Source: an uncultured Desulfobacter sp. (GTDB lineage Bacteria > Desulfobacterota > Desulfobacteria > Desulfobacterales > Desulfobacteraceae). Taken from it: DNA of 64,000 nt. How positions within the stretch are numbered: position 1 is the stretch's first letter; every line of letters starts with the position of its first letter. Both the position numbers and the translations under genes were made by a program. The DNA is taken from assembly GCF_963665355.2 (NCBI RefSeq), contig NZ_OY762228.2, forward strand, positions 1,546,120 through 1,610,119, given 5' to 3'. Positions 35,538 to 44,781 of the stretch are shown here, in pieces. The notes under the pieces were generated by a model that saw only the letters and a list, made by a program, of their open reading frames with translations, made no database searches and was not told where the DNA came from.

Positions 35538-37388
35538 TCAGATCTCTGTTTCCTTCTTTTTAAGTTTGCCGGCCAGGATATGGCGTTTGGCAGCATTAAG
35601 CTCGACTTTACGGATGCGGATGGATAAAGGCGTTACTTCAACCATTTCATCGTCCCGGATAAAATGGATGGCCTGCTCCAGGGTCATGGGCTTGACCGGC
35701 GAGCAGATGGTGGCCTCGTCTTTTCCGGAAGCACGCATGTTGGTCAGCTTTTTTTCCTTGCAGGCATTGACGTCAATATCCGAATGGCGGTTGTGTTCGC
35801 CAATGACCATGCCTTCATATACCGGGGTGCCCGGCGTGATGAAAAGACGTCCCCTGGGCTCCAGGTTGAACAGGGCATAGGGCACAGCCTTACCCTGGCG
35901 GTCGCACACAAGGGAGCCGGTGTAGCGCACGGGAAATTCCCCGCGATGGGGTTCATACCCGGACAGATAGGAGTTCAGGATACCCGTTCCCCGGGTGTCG
36001 GTCATGAATTCGTCCCGGTATCCGATCAGGGAGCGTGACGGGATGGAGAACTCCAGGCGGACCCGTCCCTTTCCGTTATTGACCAGGTTGGTCATCTTGC
36101 CTTTTCTGACGGAGAGTTTTTCGGTGACCACGCCCATGAAATCTTCATCGCAGTCCACAAACAGATGTTCGATGGGCTCCAGGGTCTGTCCGTTTTCTTC
36201 GCGGTAAATGACCTTGGGCCGTCCCACACACACTTCAAAATTTTCCCGTCGCATGGTTTCAATGAGAATGGCCAGTTGAAGTTCCCCCCGGCCTTTGACC
36301 ACAAAGCTGTCATCATCGGAACTCTCCTCCACCTCAATGGCCACATTGAGCAGAGTCTCTTTGAGCAGACGCTCCCGGATTTTTCTGGACTGAACATTTT
36401 TGCCCTCTTTGCCGGCAAAGGGTGAGGTATTAATGGTAAACCGCATGAACACCGTGGGTTCGTCCACGGATATTCTGGGCAGGGCCAAGGGACTTTCCCG
36501 GGTGCAGATGGTGTCACCAATCTTGACATCCTCAATGCCTGCCAGTACGACAATATCTCCGGTGTCAGCCTGGTCCACCGGCACCAGCGTTATACCTTCA
36601 TATGACTGGAGCTTGGATACCTTAAGCTGTTTCTGGGCATCGTTTTCACCCATACACACCAGGGATGCATTGGAGGCGGCAGATCCGTTGAACACCTTTC
36701 CGATGGCAAGACGCCCCAGGTAATCGGAATAACCAAGGTCCGACACCAGCATCTGGAACGGTGCGTCAGGATCATAGGAGGGGGCGGGCATCTCATCGAT
36801 AATAATATCAAAAAGAACTTTAAGGTTATCCACCTCTTCTTCGAGTCCCCGCTTGACAATTCCGTCCCGGCCAATGGCGTAGAGATAGGTGAAGTCCAGC
36901 TGTTCATCCGTGGCTCCAAGGTCGATGAACAGGTCGTAGACCATGTCCAGAACCTCATCGGGCCGGGCATCCTTACGGTCGATTTTGTTGATGATCACAA
37001 GTACGGGAAGGTCTGCTTCAAAGGTTTTTTTAAGCACAAACCGGGTCTGGGGCAAAGGCCCTTCAGAGGCATCCACCAGCAGAATAGCGGAATCTGCCAT
37101 GGAAAGAGCGCGCTCCACCTCACCGCCGAAATCGGCATGGCCCGGGGTGTCAATAATATTGATCTTTATCCCGTTGCAGGTAACCGAGCAGTTTTTGGCG
37201 GCAATGGTAATACCCCGCTCCCGCTCCAGATCCATGGAGTCCATGAGCCGGTCATCAACTTCCTGGCCCTCCCTGAACATCCCGCTCTGTTTAAACATGG
37301 CATCCACCAGCGTGGTTTTCCCATGGTCAACATGGGCTATGATGGCAACATTTCTCAATCTATCATTTACTGCACTGTTTTTTTTCAT
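35538..37388 (-). CDS. typA: Translational GTPase TypA/BipA
   Basis: AIIAHVDHGKTTL, DTPGHADFGGEV and NKID motifs, full-length 616 aa. Confidence 0.95.
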   Translation of the reverse strand: MKKNSAVNDRLRNVAIIAHVDHGKTTLVDAMFKQSGMFREGQEVDDRLMDSMDLERERGITIAAKNCSVTCNGIKINIIDTPGHADFGGEVERALSMADSAILLVDASEGPLPQTRFVLKKTFEADLPVLVIINKIDRKDARPDEVLDMVYDLFIDLGATDEQLDFTYLYAIGRDGIVKRGLEEEVDNLKVLFDIIIDEMPAPSYDPDAPFQMLVSDLGYSDYLGRLAIGKVFNGSAASNASLVCMGENDAQKQLKVSKLQSYEGITLVPVDQADTGDIVVLAGIEDVKIGDTICTRESPLALPRISVDEPTVFMRFTINTSPFAGKEGKNVQSRKIRERLLKETLLNVAIEVEESSDDDSFVVKGRGELQLAILIETMRRENFEVCVGRPKVIYREENGQTLEPIEHLFVDCDEDFMGVVTEKLSVRKGKMTNLVNNGKGRVRLEFSIPSRSLIGYRDEFMTDTRGTGILNSYLSGYEPHRGEFPVRYTGSLVCDRQGKAVPYALFNLEPRGRLFITPGTPVYEGMVIGEHNRHSDIDVNACKEKKLTNMRASGKDEATICSPVKPMTLEQAIHFIRDDEMVEVTPLSIRIRKVELNAAKRHILAGKLKKKETEI

Positions 37389-37397
37389 ATTCTCCTG

Positions 37398-37871
37398 CTA
37401 TTTAGATACTCTGGTGGTGCCGTCGGGGGCTGTCAGCACCCGCACCCGGTCCCCGGGATACATAGGTACATCGGCCTCTTGGACAACCACAATGGTTCGT
37501 CCGCTGTCAAGTCTAATCACTATTTCCAAACCGTCTTTGGTTGTGGCGTCATGTTCAATGGCTGCGCCAATGGCCGCACCGGCCAATGCTCCGACAATGG
37601 TCGCCACATCACGGCCCGAACCATGGCCCACGGTACTGCCGAACACTCCACCGGTCACACCACCAATGGCCACCCCGGCCGCCGGAGGATTTGAGGCCTG
37701 GATAATGACGGATTTCACAGATTCCACAGTGCCCGTATCCACTGTCTGGGCCCGCATGGTCTGCTCATAGGTATATATATTGGAGCTGGATGATGCACAC
37801 CCTGCCATGGTCAGCATTGCCACGGCCAAAATGCAAACAAAAAACCTCATTCCTGATCCCGTTATATTCAT
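37398..37871 (-). CDS. Glycine-zipper outer-membrane lipoprotein (SlyB/Pcp-like)
   Basis: Lipobox LTMAGC and glycine zippers (AGVAIGGVTGGVFGSTVG, GALAGAAIGAAI). Start chosen at ATG 37871, downstream of GGGGGA. Confidence 0.75.
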   Translation of the reverse strand: MNITGSGMRFFVCILAVAMLTMAGCASSSSNIYTYEQTMRAQTVDTGTVESVKSVIIQASNPPAAGVAIGGVTGGVFGSTVGHGSGRDVATIVGALAGAAIGAAIEHDATTKDGLEIVIRLDSGRTIVVVQEADVPMYPGDRVRVLTAPDGTTRVSK

Positions 37872-38010
37872 GTTCCTGTCCCCCCGGCTCCTGATCGTAC
37901 ACATAAAACAGGCGCTATTATACCGCTTGCAACAGGCAAAAGGAAGTAATCATTATGTAAGATAAAGTCAACGCTATAAAAAAACGTAATATTATTAAAC
38001 CTGTCCTGAC

Positions 38011-38038
38011 TTGAACTTCACGACAGTTAATGTATAAC
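38011..38038 (+). promoter_or_regulatory. Sigma-70-like promoter of the TelA-containing operon
   Basis: TTGAAC-N16-TATAAC, about 80 nt upstream of ATG 38118. Confidence 0.4.
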
Positions 38039-38117
38039 AATAGTGCCGTCCAGGCCCGAAGGGCGTTTAAATTGCCATCAAACAAGGAGTTTTTTTAAAC
38101 TTGGAAGGAAATACTTC

Positions 38118-38639
38118 ATGACCGTTTTGATTATAGCAGCCGTATTTATCCTTGCGCTTTTTGCATTCAACCTGATTGTCAAACACCTCAAAATACCAAT
38201 AACATCATCAGCGCCCCCAAACCAGTCCACCCCGTCCCCGGAAAAAAAAGATGCAGGTGCTGATTTCAAACACATTCTTGACACCCTGATTAAGCTGAAT
38301 CTTATGATCCGGACCGACCGTGATTTTTCCGTGGATTTGATTTTAAAAACAGAATCCATTATCGACGACCTTAAAGCCCTTATTCCGGACATGATCACCC
38401 GGTACCCCGGGGAAACCCTGACCTATGAACTCAAAAAGATCGGAGCCACCCACCTTTTTAAAATTGTTAAAGAGTATCTTGATCTTTCCCCCGACAACAG
38501 ACAGGCCCAGAAGCAGGCCTTTGAAAAAACCATTGAAAGCCTTCATGACGTATGCACAAGGTCACGGCAGATCGTGGATAATAACGAAATCGCAGAATTT
38601 AAAACCATGGCCCAGTTTCTTGGGAGCAAATTTTCATAA
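38118..38639 (+). CDS. Single-pass membrane protein with helical cytoplasmic domain (XpaC-like by position)
   Basis: GGAAGGA RBS. N-terminal TM helix MTVLIIAAVFILALFAFNLIV, a Pro/Ser linker and a helical C-terminal part. Directly precedes the TelA homolog. Confidence 0.5.
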   Translation: MTVLIIAAVFILALFAFNLIVKHLKIPITSSAPPNQSTPSPEKKDAGADFKHILDTLIKLNLMIRTDRDFSVDLILKTESIIDDLKALIPDMITRYPGETLTYELKKIGATHLFKIVKEYLDLSPDNRQAQKQAFEKTIESLHDVCTRSRQIVDNNEIAEFKTMAQFLGSKFS

Positions 38640-38651
38640 AGGAGAAAACCC

Positions 38652-39884
38652 ATGTCCAGTTTGGCTCAGGAACTTGCCAATGTGGCCGGTCAGGCCAAAG
38701 CGCCTGTATTAGCAGAAGTTACCCAGGCTTCGGGGCAGGGGGCGCTTACCCCTGTCCAGGCCCCCAACCAGCTGGTGCCGGTCCAGCCCGGGCACCTTGC
38801 AGTTGAAGATATCAAGGCCCTTGAAAATGAGGCTGATGCCTTTGTTGAAAAAGTTAAGAAAGACCCGTTGGGCTGGCAGTTGGGCAACTTTGTATTTTCC
38901 CTGGGCCGGGACATTATGGAAAAAACCCAGGCCCAGGTCTCCCTGTACGACCGCAAAATGGGATCGGTGCTGAAAAACGTGGCTTCCCAGGAGAGCTCTC
39001 CTGTGGCAAGAAATATCCTGGCCATTAAGATTGAGCTGGACAAGGTCAACCCCACCATGGTGGCCAAAACGGAAATGCCCCTGCCTAAGAAGGTGATGGG
39101 GCTCTTCACCCGCACCGTAAACCGTCTGCCCAAAGGAGATGAGATCCTGCGCATCATTGCCGAGCGCAGGGAAACCGTGAACTCCACCATCGACGGCATC
39201 CGGGACCACCTGCGCAACGAGGCCGACCAGGTGGCCTTTGATGCGGCGGAACTCTCCCAGATCTGTGATGCCTTAAAAGAGATCCAGCCGGCATTGCAGG
39301 AACAGATCTACCTGGGCCAGCTAATCTGGGAGAAACTCACCGCCCACCTTGACACGGTGGATGATCCCCGGATCAACGAGGCGTTGACCACCCTGACCTC
39401 GGATTTGGCCATGGCTGTGGTGGACTTGCAGACCATTGACAACTCCAATCTTCAGACCCGGTTCGGCGGTGAAATGATGGTCAGAAACTCACATCTGGTC
39501 CAGCGCCTGGTCCAGCGCACGGACATGATTCTGTCCACGGCCGTAAAAAATGCCCTGGCGGTAAGGGTGGCGGCCGAACAGCAGATGGATACCCTCAAAC
39601 ACCTGGACATGGTCCAGCAGGCAGCCGCCGAGACCATGGCGGATACGGCAAAGGTCATTGGTGATGCCGCAGTCAAAGGTGCAAAGATGAGCCAGAGCAT
39701 GACCGTTAACATCCAGGCCCTGGAAGAGGCTTGCAACACTTATGAACAGGCATTTGATGCCTACACGGCCATCTCCAAGGAGACCATCAGCATTGCGTCC
39801 CAAAGCTCCAACGCCCTGGGCGTTATGAATGAGCGTTTCAGGGCGAGGACCGATGCATTAACATCAAGACGCCAGGAGAATTGA
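38652..39884 (+). CDS. telA: TelA/YaaN/KlaA-family toxic-anion-resistance protein
   Basis: 410-aa all-helical protein with the family's length and segments (…LYDRKMGSVLKN…, …IAERRETVNSTIDGIRDHLRNEADQVAFDAAEL…, …LQTRFGGEMMVRNSHLVQRLV…). The call comes from my recognition of the family, not from a search. Confidence 0.6.
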   Translation: MSSLAQELANVAGQAKAPVLAEVTQASGQGALTPVQAPNQLVPVQPGHLAVEDIKALENEADAFVEKVKKDPLGWQLGNFVFSLGRDIMEKTQAQVSLYDRKMGSVLKNVASQESSPVARNILAIKIELDKVNPTMVAKTEMPLPKKVMGLFTRTVNRLPKGDEILRIIAERRETVNSTIDGIRDHLRNEADQVAFDAAELSQICDALKEIQPALQEQIYLGQLIWEKLTAHLDTVDDPRINEALTTLTSDLAMAVVDLQTIDNSNLQTRFGGEMMVRNSHLVQRLVQRTDMILSTAVKNALAVRVAAEQQMDTLKHLDMVQQAAAETMADTAKVIGDAAVKGAKMSQSMTVNIQALEEACNTYEQAFDAYTAISKETISIASQSSNALGVMNERFRARTDALTSRRQEN

Positions 39885-39886
39885 TT

Positions 39887-40534
39887 ATGCTTTCCGTTCC
39901 CGAACAAAAATCCTTTGATCAGCGGTTTTCCCTGATTCGCGCTCTGACTCCGGACAAAGTGTTGTCAAAGGAGGAACAATCCCGGCTGACCATTATGGAT
40001 GCAGGTGTTGGCGGTTGTTTTACCTGTTTTGACAATACCTATATTATCCAGGAGATCAACACCTACCAGGAGGCCAGTGATAACTATTCAAAGCTGGAAG
40101 ACTTCTTTGTTACCGAACTGACCTGTCTGTGCCTGGAGACCGGTGTCCTAGGCCATTTTGAATGGGAATTTGATGATGAGCTGGAGGTGTGTATCACCCT
40201 GGACCAGACCAAATTCAAACGGCTGACCGATGATGAGGGCCAGCCCATTGATGAGGATGATCTGGATCAGATTGCGGATGATGAGGACAGCATCGTCTAC
40301 GCCGGGGAGACCTATGATTATGATGATGACTGGGCTGCCGTGTATCGGCGCAACGGCAGGGAAGAAAGGGTTTATATGTATGAATTTGTCAATAATCTGT
40401 CAGCTCTTTTCATCACCATTGAGGAGTGGCAGGACGGGGACAAAGAGGAGTACCGGATCTATATCTCCAGGCCTGTGGACCCGGCCGAGCTGACGCTGAT
40501 CACCAGAGGAGAGGGAAAACATGAAACGCCGTAA
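39887..40534 (+). CDS. Acidic DUF4178-like protein
   Basis: The beta-rich N-terminal part (…GGCFTCFDNTYIIQEINTYQE…GHFEWEFDDELEVCITL…) resembles the DUF4178 pattern. Followed by an Asp/Glu-rich linker and a second beta-rich part. ATG lies 7 nt after AGGAGA. Confidence 0.45.
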   Translation: MLSVPEQKSFDQRFSLIRALTPDKVLSKEEQSRLTIMDAGVGGCFTCFDNTYIIQEINTYQEASDNYSKLEDFFVTELTCLCLETGVLGHFEWEFDDELEVCITLDQTKFKRLTDDEGQPIDEDDLDQIADDEDSIVYAGETYDYDDDWAAVYRRNGREERVYMYEFVNNLSALFITIEEWQDGDKEEYRIYISRPVDPAELTLITRGEGKHETP

Positions 40535-42155
40535 CATCTGCTTGAAAATAGAACAGATATGCGGGGGGATTGTTCTTGTTTTACTGGCTCTGGTCCTTTT
40601 GTCCGGCTGCGGTCCGGGACTTTCCGACGCAACCAGAACCAAAGCTGAAGCCGTAAAAAAGGATTTGGATTCCACCCAGGCGTTCATCGAATCCCAAAAG
40701 AAAAAATATCAGGGTATGTCAACATCCCCGGACTTTTCTGCCATGGCTGGGTATGCATCCAGGGAAAAGTGGGATATGGCGTTTCCCACTGCCGCTGCGA
40801 CCCTGGCCCGGGCCCGGGAGGTGTATGATAAGGGATTAAAAGTCACCATGGAACAGGACAAACCCGAAGGGGAAACCCAGGCCCGGGCCCAGATCAGGCA
40901 GGTTAATTCGGTGGTCCAGGAAGCCAGAAACCAGGCAAAAATGCCCTTTGAGCGTATCAGCAGGATCACGGCGGCCATGACACAAACCCAGGCCATGGAA
41001 ACATCTGCCCTGGCCTGTTCAGACACCATCCTGTCAAAGGTACAAAGCCTGGAACAGGGGCCCGTTGCCAGGGCAAAGGAAAGTTTCCCCGATTCAGAAA
41101 CCCAAATTACGGCCCGGTTTGCCCCTTTTTCCAAAATGGCGGACGACACAACGGCCAATACAGATATTGTTAAAGCCCAGTATAAGGCCCATACCCAGGG
41201 CAATGCCGACTATGCCGCCTTTGTCACGGCAGCCGATGCCATTGAGCAGGCAAAGGTGACGCTTTCCAGGACCGGGCCGGAATTTGAAAAGGATCTGGAA
41301 CAGCTGTACCAGAGTTACACCAAAATCCTTGAAGACATGAGGATTGACTATTTTGTCAACATATATCGAGAGTCCTGGGATGAAAGGACAGATTCTTACA
41401 ACCCCAGAATTGTCTCTTATACCCGACAGGTATCCCCCGCTGTTTTCCAGGCGTTAAACGACTCGGACGCTGAGTCCATTGCAGAGATTTTACCGGGTTT
41501 TAACGGGATGAGTATGCGGATTACCCGGGGTCTGGAATCAGCGTTCAAGGCATTGAACCTTGATCCGGTGGAAAACTGGCCTGATCCCCGGCACAATGCC
41601 GCCACCTTTTACCTTAACAGTACCCAGTTAAAATATTTTCATAAATATCTTAAAGAAGAGAACGGGGAAACCAAAAACACCGGATGGGAAGCGGTCAATG
41701 CCTCTTTTTATGAACAGAATCTGGATAATTTGGGTATGGCGATTCTGTCCAAGCCCTATGGCGAGTTTGAGCCAGATCCCCAGGCTGCCCCGCCCGGCAT
41801 GGCCTATGTGGGCAATCCCAAATACGGGGAGTGGAAAAAGGATGGAAACGGCAACAGTTTCTGGTCCTGGTATGGCCGGTATGCCTTTTTTTCCAATCTG
41901 TTCTTTTTTCCCCCCCATTACTACTCCTATGGATCATGGAACAGGTGGAACTCGGACTACAGATACAGAAAACCCTACTACGGCCAAACCCAGGCCGGAT
42001 ACACCTATGGTACCCGGGGTACCAGTATGAACCAGTCACCGCGCTATCAGAACAGCACCTTTTCAAAAACCGGCGGACTTAAAACCGCTTCTGCTTCGGT
42101 AAGGGGCGGCGCATCTGGCCTCAGGGGCGGCGGACCCAAATCCAAAGGCAAATAA
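40521..42155 (+). CDS. Large lipoprotein with aromatic/Gly/Arg-rich C-terminal tail, unknown function
   Basis: Lipobox LLSGC, about 250 aa of helical Q/A/K-rich sequence, and the tail …FWSWYGRYAFFSNLFFFPPHYYSYGSWNRWNSDYRYRKPYYGQ…VRGGASGLRGGGPKSKGK. Confidence 0.6.
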   Translation: MKRRNICLKIEQICGGIVLVLLALVLLSGCGPGLSDATRTKAEAVKKDLDSTQAFIESQKKKYQGMSTSPDFSAMAGYASREKWDMAFPTAAATLARAREVYDKGLKVTMEQDKPEGETQARAQIRQVNSVVQEARNQAKMPFERISRITAAMTQTQAMETSALACSDTILSKVQSLEQGPVARAKESFPDSETQITARFAPFSKMADDTTANTDIVKAQYKAHTQGNADYAAFVTAADAIEQAKVTLSRTGPEFEKDLEQLYQSYTKILEDMRIDYFVNIYRESWDERTDSYNPRIVSYTRQVSPAVFQALNDSDAESIAEILPGFNGMSMRITRGLESAFKALNLDPVENWPDPRHNAATFYLNSTQLKYFHKYLKEENGETKNTGWEAVNASFYEQNLDNLGMAILSKPYGEFEPDPQAAPPGMAYVGNPKYGEWKKDGNGNSFWSWYGRYAFFSNLFFFPPHYYSYGSWNRWNSDYRYRKPYYGQTQAGYTYGTRGTSMNQSPRYQNSTFSKTGGLKTASASVRGGASGLRGGGPKSKGK

Positions 42156-42167
42156 GGAGAACAACCT

Positions 42168-43058
42168 ATGAATTATACGGCAACCCTAATCAGCATGGGG
42201 CATGGGGTGTGCTATGCCCTGGTGAGCGTTTTATTTATTTTTCTGGCCAAACTTCTGGATGACCGGCGGACCAAAGACTTTGATGATGACCGTCACATTG
42301 ACGACGGCAACATGGCCGTGGGGCTAAGACGGGCAGGGCTTTATCTGGGCATTGCCATCGGCATGGTCGGCGCGCTGTCAGGGGATTCTTCAGGTTTTTC
42401 CGATGATATGATTTATCTTGTGGTGGACGGCATCGTCATCACATGCTGCCTTTTTATTTCCCGGTCCATCAACGATCATATCATGATGGGCCACCTGCAC
42501 AACGACCGGGAGTGTGTCAAAGTATTTGTTCTTGAAGACGGGCGCACCACCACGGGCAATACCGCCCTTGGCATGGTGGAGGCAGGCATGTACATTGCCA
42601 CCGGATTTATTCTCAACGGCAGCATGTCCGGCGGCGGGGGCAGTTTTTACCAGTCCCTGGGATCAGCTCTGCTCTTTTTTATTCTGGGGCAGATTGTCCT
42701 GCTCGCCTTGGGGCTGATCTATGAGCTTATTACACCCTTTAATGTCAGAGAGGAAATCAAGAAGAACAATCCGGCCGCCGGTATTGGCCTGGCCGGTATT
42801 CTGGTGGCCCTGGGAATTATTCTTAAAAGCAGTCTTTCAGGACCCTTTACCGGGTGGGTTACCGACATTACCGGATTTTTTATATATACGGTTTTCGGTA
42901 TGGTCCTGCTGCTTGTTTTCAGCGCACTTGCGGACCGGTTTCTTCTGCCCACCACAAATATCGCGACCGAAATCAAGGAGGACAGAAATGTTGCGGCCCT
43001 GGTGGTGGTCCAGGCGACCATTATTGCTGTGGCACTGATCATTGCCCATGCCATCTGA
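42168..43058 (+). CDS. Membrane protein with two DUF350-like repeats
   Basis: Two copies of the DUF350 signature context (…DDGNMAVGLRRAGLYLGIAIG… and …KKNNPAAGIGLAGILVALGII…), each within about 4 TM helices. AAGGAGA RBS. Confidence 0.6.
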   Translation: MNYTATLISMGHGVCYALVSVLFIFLAKLLDDRRTKDFDDDRHIDDGNMAVGLRRAGLYLGIAIGMVGALSGDSSGFSDDMIYLVVDGIVITCCLFISRSINDHIMMGHLHNDRECVKVFVLEDGRTTTGNTALGMVEAGMYIATGFILNGSMSGGGGSFYQSLGSALLFFILGQIVLLALGLIYELITPFNVREEIKKNNPAAGIGLAGILVALGIILKSSLSGPFTGWVTDITGFFIYTVFGMVLLLVFSALADRFLLPTTNIATEIKEDRNVAALVVVQATIIAVALIIAHAI

Positions 43059-44751
43059 TCTTCCGGGGAGCGCCCGGTCACCCGGGCGCTGCCGACTCAA
43101 CCCGGCCTCGGTCCTGCTGTGTCTTTGCATGTTTGCATCCGGGGCCTGCGGCATCATCCTTGAATATATCCAGGCAAGCCTTGCCTCCATGATCCTGGGC
43201 AACGCCTTTGAACAGTGGGCCATGGTCATCGGCCTTATGATGTTCTGGATGGGATTCGGCAGCCTGATCCAGGCCCGGATCTCCAGGAAACGCCTGGTCT
43301 ATGCTTTTATCGGCATTGAAATAGCACTGGCACTTGCAGGGGGGTATTCACCCACACTGACCTATCTCTCCTACGGATACACCAGCCACTACAGCCTGGT
43401 GCTCTACTTTTTTGTTTCCGTCATCGGCATTCTCATCGGCCTTGAAATTCCCGTGATCATACGAATCAACAACGATTTTTCAACGGAACTGTCCACCAAC
43501 CTGGGCAATATTCTGTCCTCGGACTATATCGGGTCCCTGGCAGGGGCGCTGATCTATGTATTTTTACTGCTGCGCTTTTTCCCCATTACCGAAGCCGCGT
43601 TTTTAACCGCCGGTATGAATTTTTTGCTTGCTCTGATTACATTTATCTATTTCACCCGCAAACAGATTATCCGGTGCAATATCCCGTTGCTTGTGATCAT
43701 GGCGGCCACCTGTGGGGCTTTGATTTTCGGGCTTATGAATAATCGCAAATGGCAGATCACCAACGAGCAGGCCCTGTATGACGACCCCATCGTTTATTCT
43801 AAAACCAGCCAGTACCAGCATATCGTTATCACCCATTTCGAGCCCCTGGACGAAATCCGGCTTTTTTTAAACGGCAACCTTCAATTGTGCAGTACGGACG
43901 AGGAGCGATATCATGAGCCCCTGGTTCATCCGGCCCTGGCCCTGGCACAGGCCCGCAGCCGGGTGCTGATCCTGGGCGGCGGTGACGGCTGTGCGTTGCG
44001 GGAGGTTTTAAAATACCCGGATGTTGACCGGATTACCCTGGTGGACCTGGACCCGGCCATAACAACCCTTGCGGCCACCCATCCGCTTCTGTCCCGGCTC
44101 AACGCCCACGCCTTTGACAATGCCCGGGTGACCACCCTGACGGGTTCAGGTATTTCACCGGGGGATTTTCGTCAGATATATCAGTCATTGTCTGACCAAA
44201 AGAGAAAACCGGCCGAGGTCCGCCATGTGGCCGAGGTCCGGGTCATGAACCTGGATGCCGACAAGTTCCTTGAACAGGTGACAGACGTCTGGGATGTCAT
44301 TATTGTGGACATGCCCGATCCCTCCACACCGGAACTGACCAAACTCTATTCAAAGGAATTTTATCTTAAAGTCAGACACAGGCTGGCAGAAAACGGCATT
44401 GCATCAATCCAGTCCACCTCCCCCTACCTTGCAAAGGAGAGCTATCTTTGCATAGGCAGGACATTGACTTCTGCCGGATTTTTTATCTTGCCGTACCATG
44501 AAAATGTGCCTTCCTTCGGGGACTGGGGCTGGTTTCTATGTACACGTAAATCCTGGGGCAATGAACTTTGGCAGCAGCGCATTGCAGGGCTTGAATTTAC
44601 CGTTCCCACCAGGTTTTTAACCCCTGAAGTGTTCAGGGGTGAGCTTGTATTCGGCAAAGGTATGGATCAAAGCCTTCACACAGAAATCAACACCCTTCTT
44701 TTTCCAGTTCTGCTCTCCTATTACAATCATGAATCCTGGCTTCTAGAATAG
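43042..44751 (+). CDS. Polytopic membrane domain fused to a spermidine/spermine-synthase-like aminopropyltransferase domain
   Basis: About 7-8 N-terminal TM helices. The C-terminal domain carries YQHIVI, YHEPLVHPAL, VLILGGGDGCALREVLKY, ITLVDLDP and IIVDMPDP motifs of the spermine-synthase fold. TTG 43042 or ATG 43048 start, overlapping the upstream gene. Confidence 0.7.
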   Translation: MPMPSDLPGSARSPGRCRLNPASVLLCLCMFASGACGIILEYIQASLASMILGNAFEQWAMVIGLMMFWMGFGSLIQARISRKRLVYAFIGIEIALALAGGYSPTLTYLSYGYTSHYSLVLYFFVSVIGILIGLEIPVIIRINNDFSTELSTNLGNILSSDYIGSLAGALIYVFLLLRFFPITEAAFLTAGMNFLLALITFIYFTRKQIIRCNIPLLVIMAATCGALIFGLMNNRKWQITNEQALYDDPIVYSKTSQYQHIVITHFEPLDEIRLFLNGNLQLCSTDEERYHEPLVHPALALAQARSRVLILGGGDGCALREVLKYPDVDRITLVDLDPAITTLAATHPLLSRLNAHAFDNARVTTLTGSGISPGDFRQIYQSLSDQKRKPAEVRHVAEVRVMNLDADKFLEQVTDVWDVIIVDMPDPSTPELTKLYSKEFYLKVRHRLAENGIASIQSTSPYLAKESYLCIGRTLTSAGFFILPYHENVPSFGDWGWFLCTRKSWGNELWQQRIAGLEFTVPTRFLTPEVFRGELVFGKGMDQSLHTEINTLLFPVLLSYYNHESWLLE

Positions 44752-44781
44752 TATTTGCCAAAATAAATCTGTTCTGTTTTT

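Noticed and set aside
36943-37770. 275-aa and 185-aa plus-strand ORFs overlapping typA and the lipoprotein gene
   Set aside because: They are antisense to the unmistakable TypA/BipA GTPase. Their composition is Ser/Pro/Thr/Ala-rich and typical of reverse-frame translation of a GC-rich gene.
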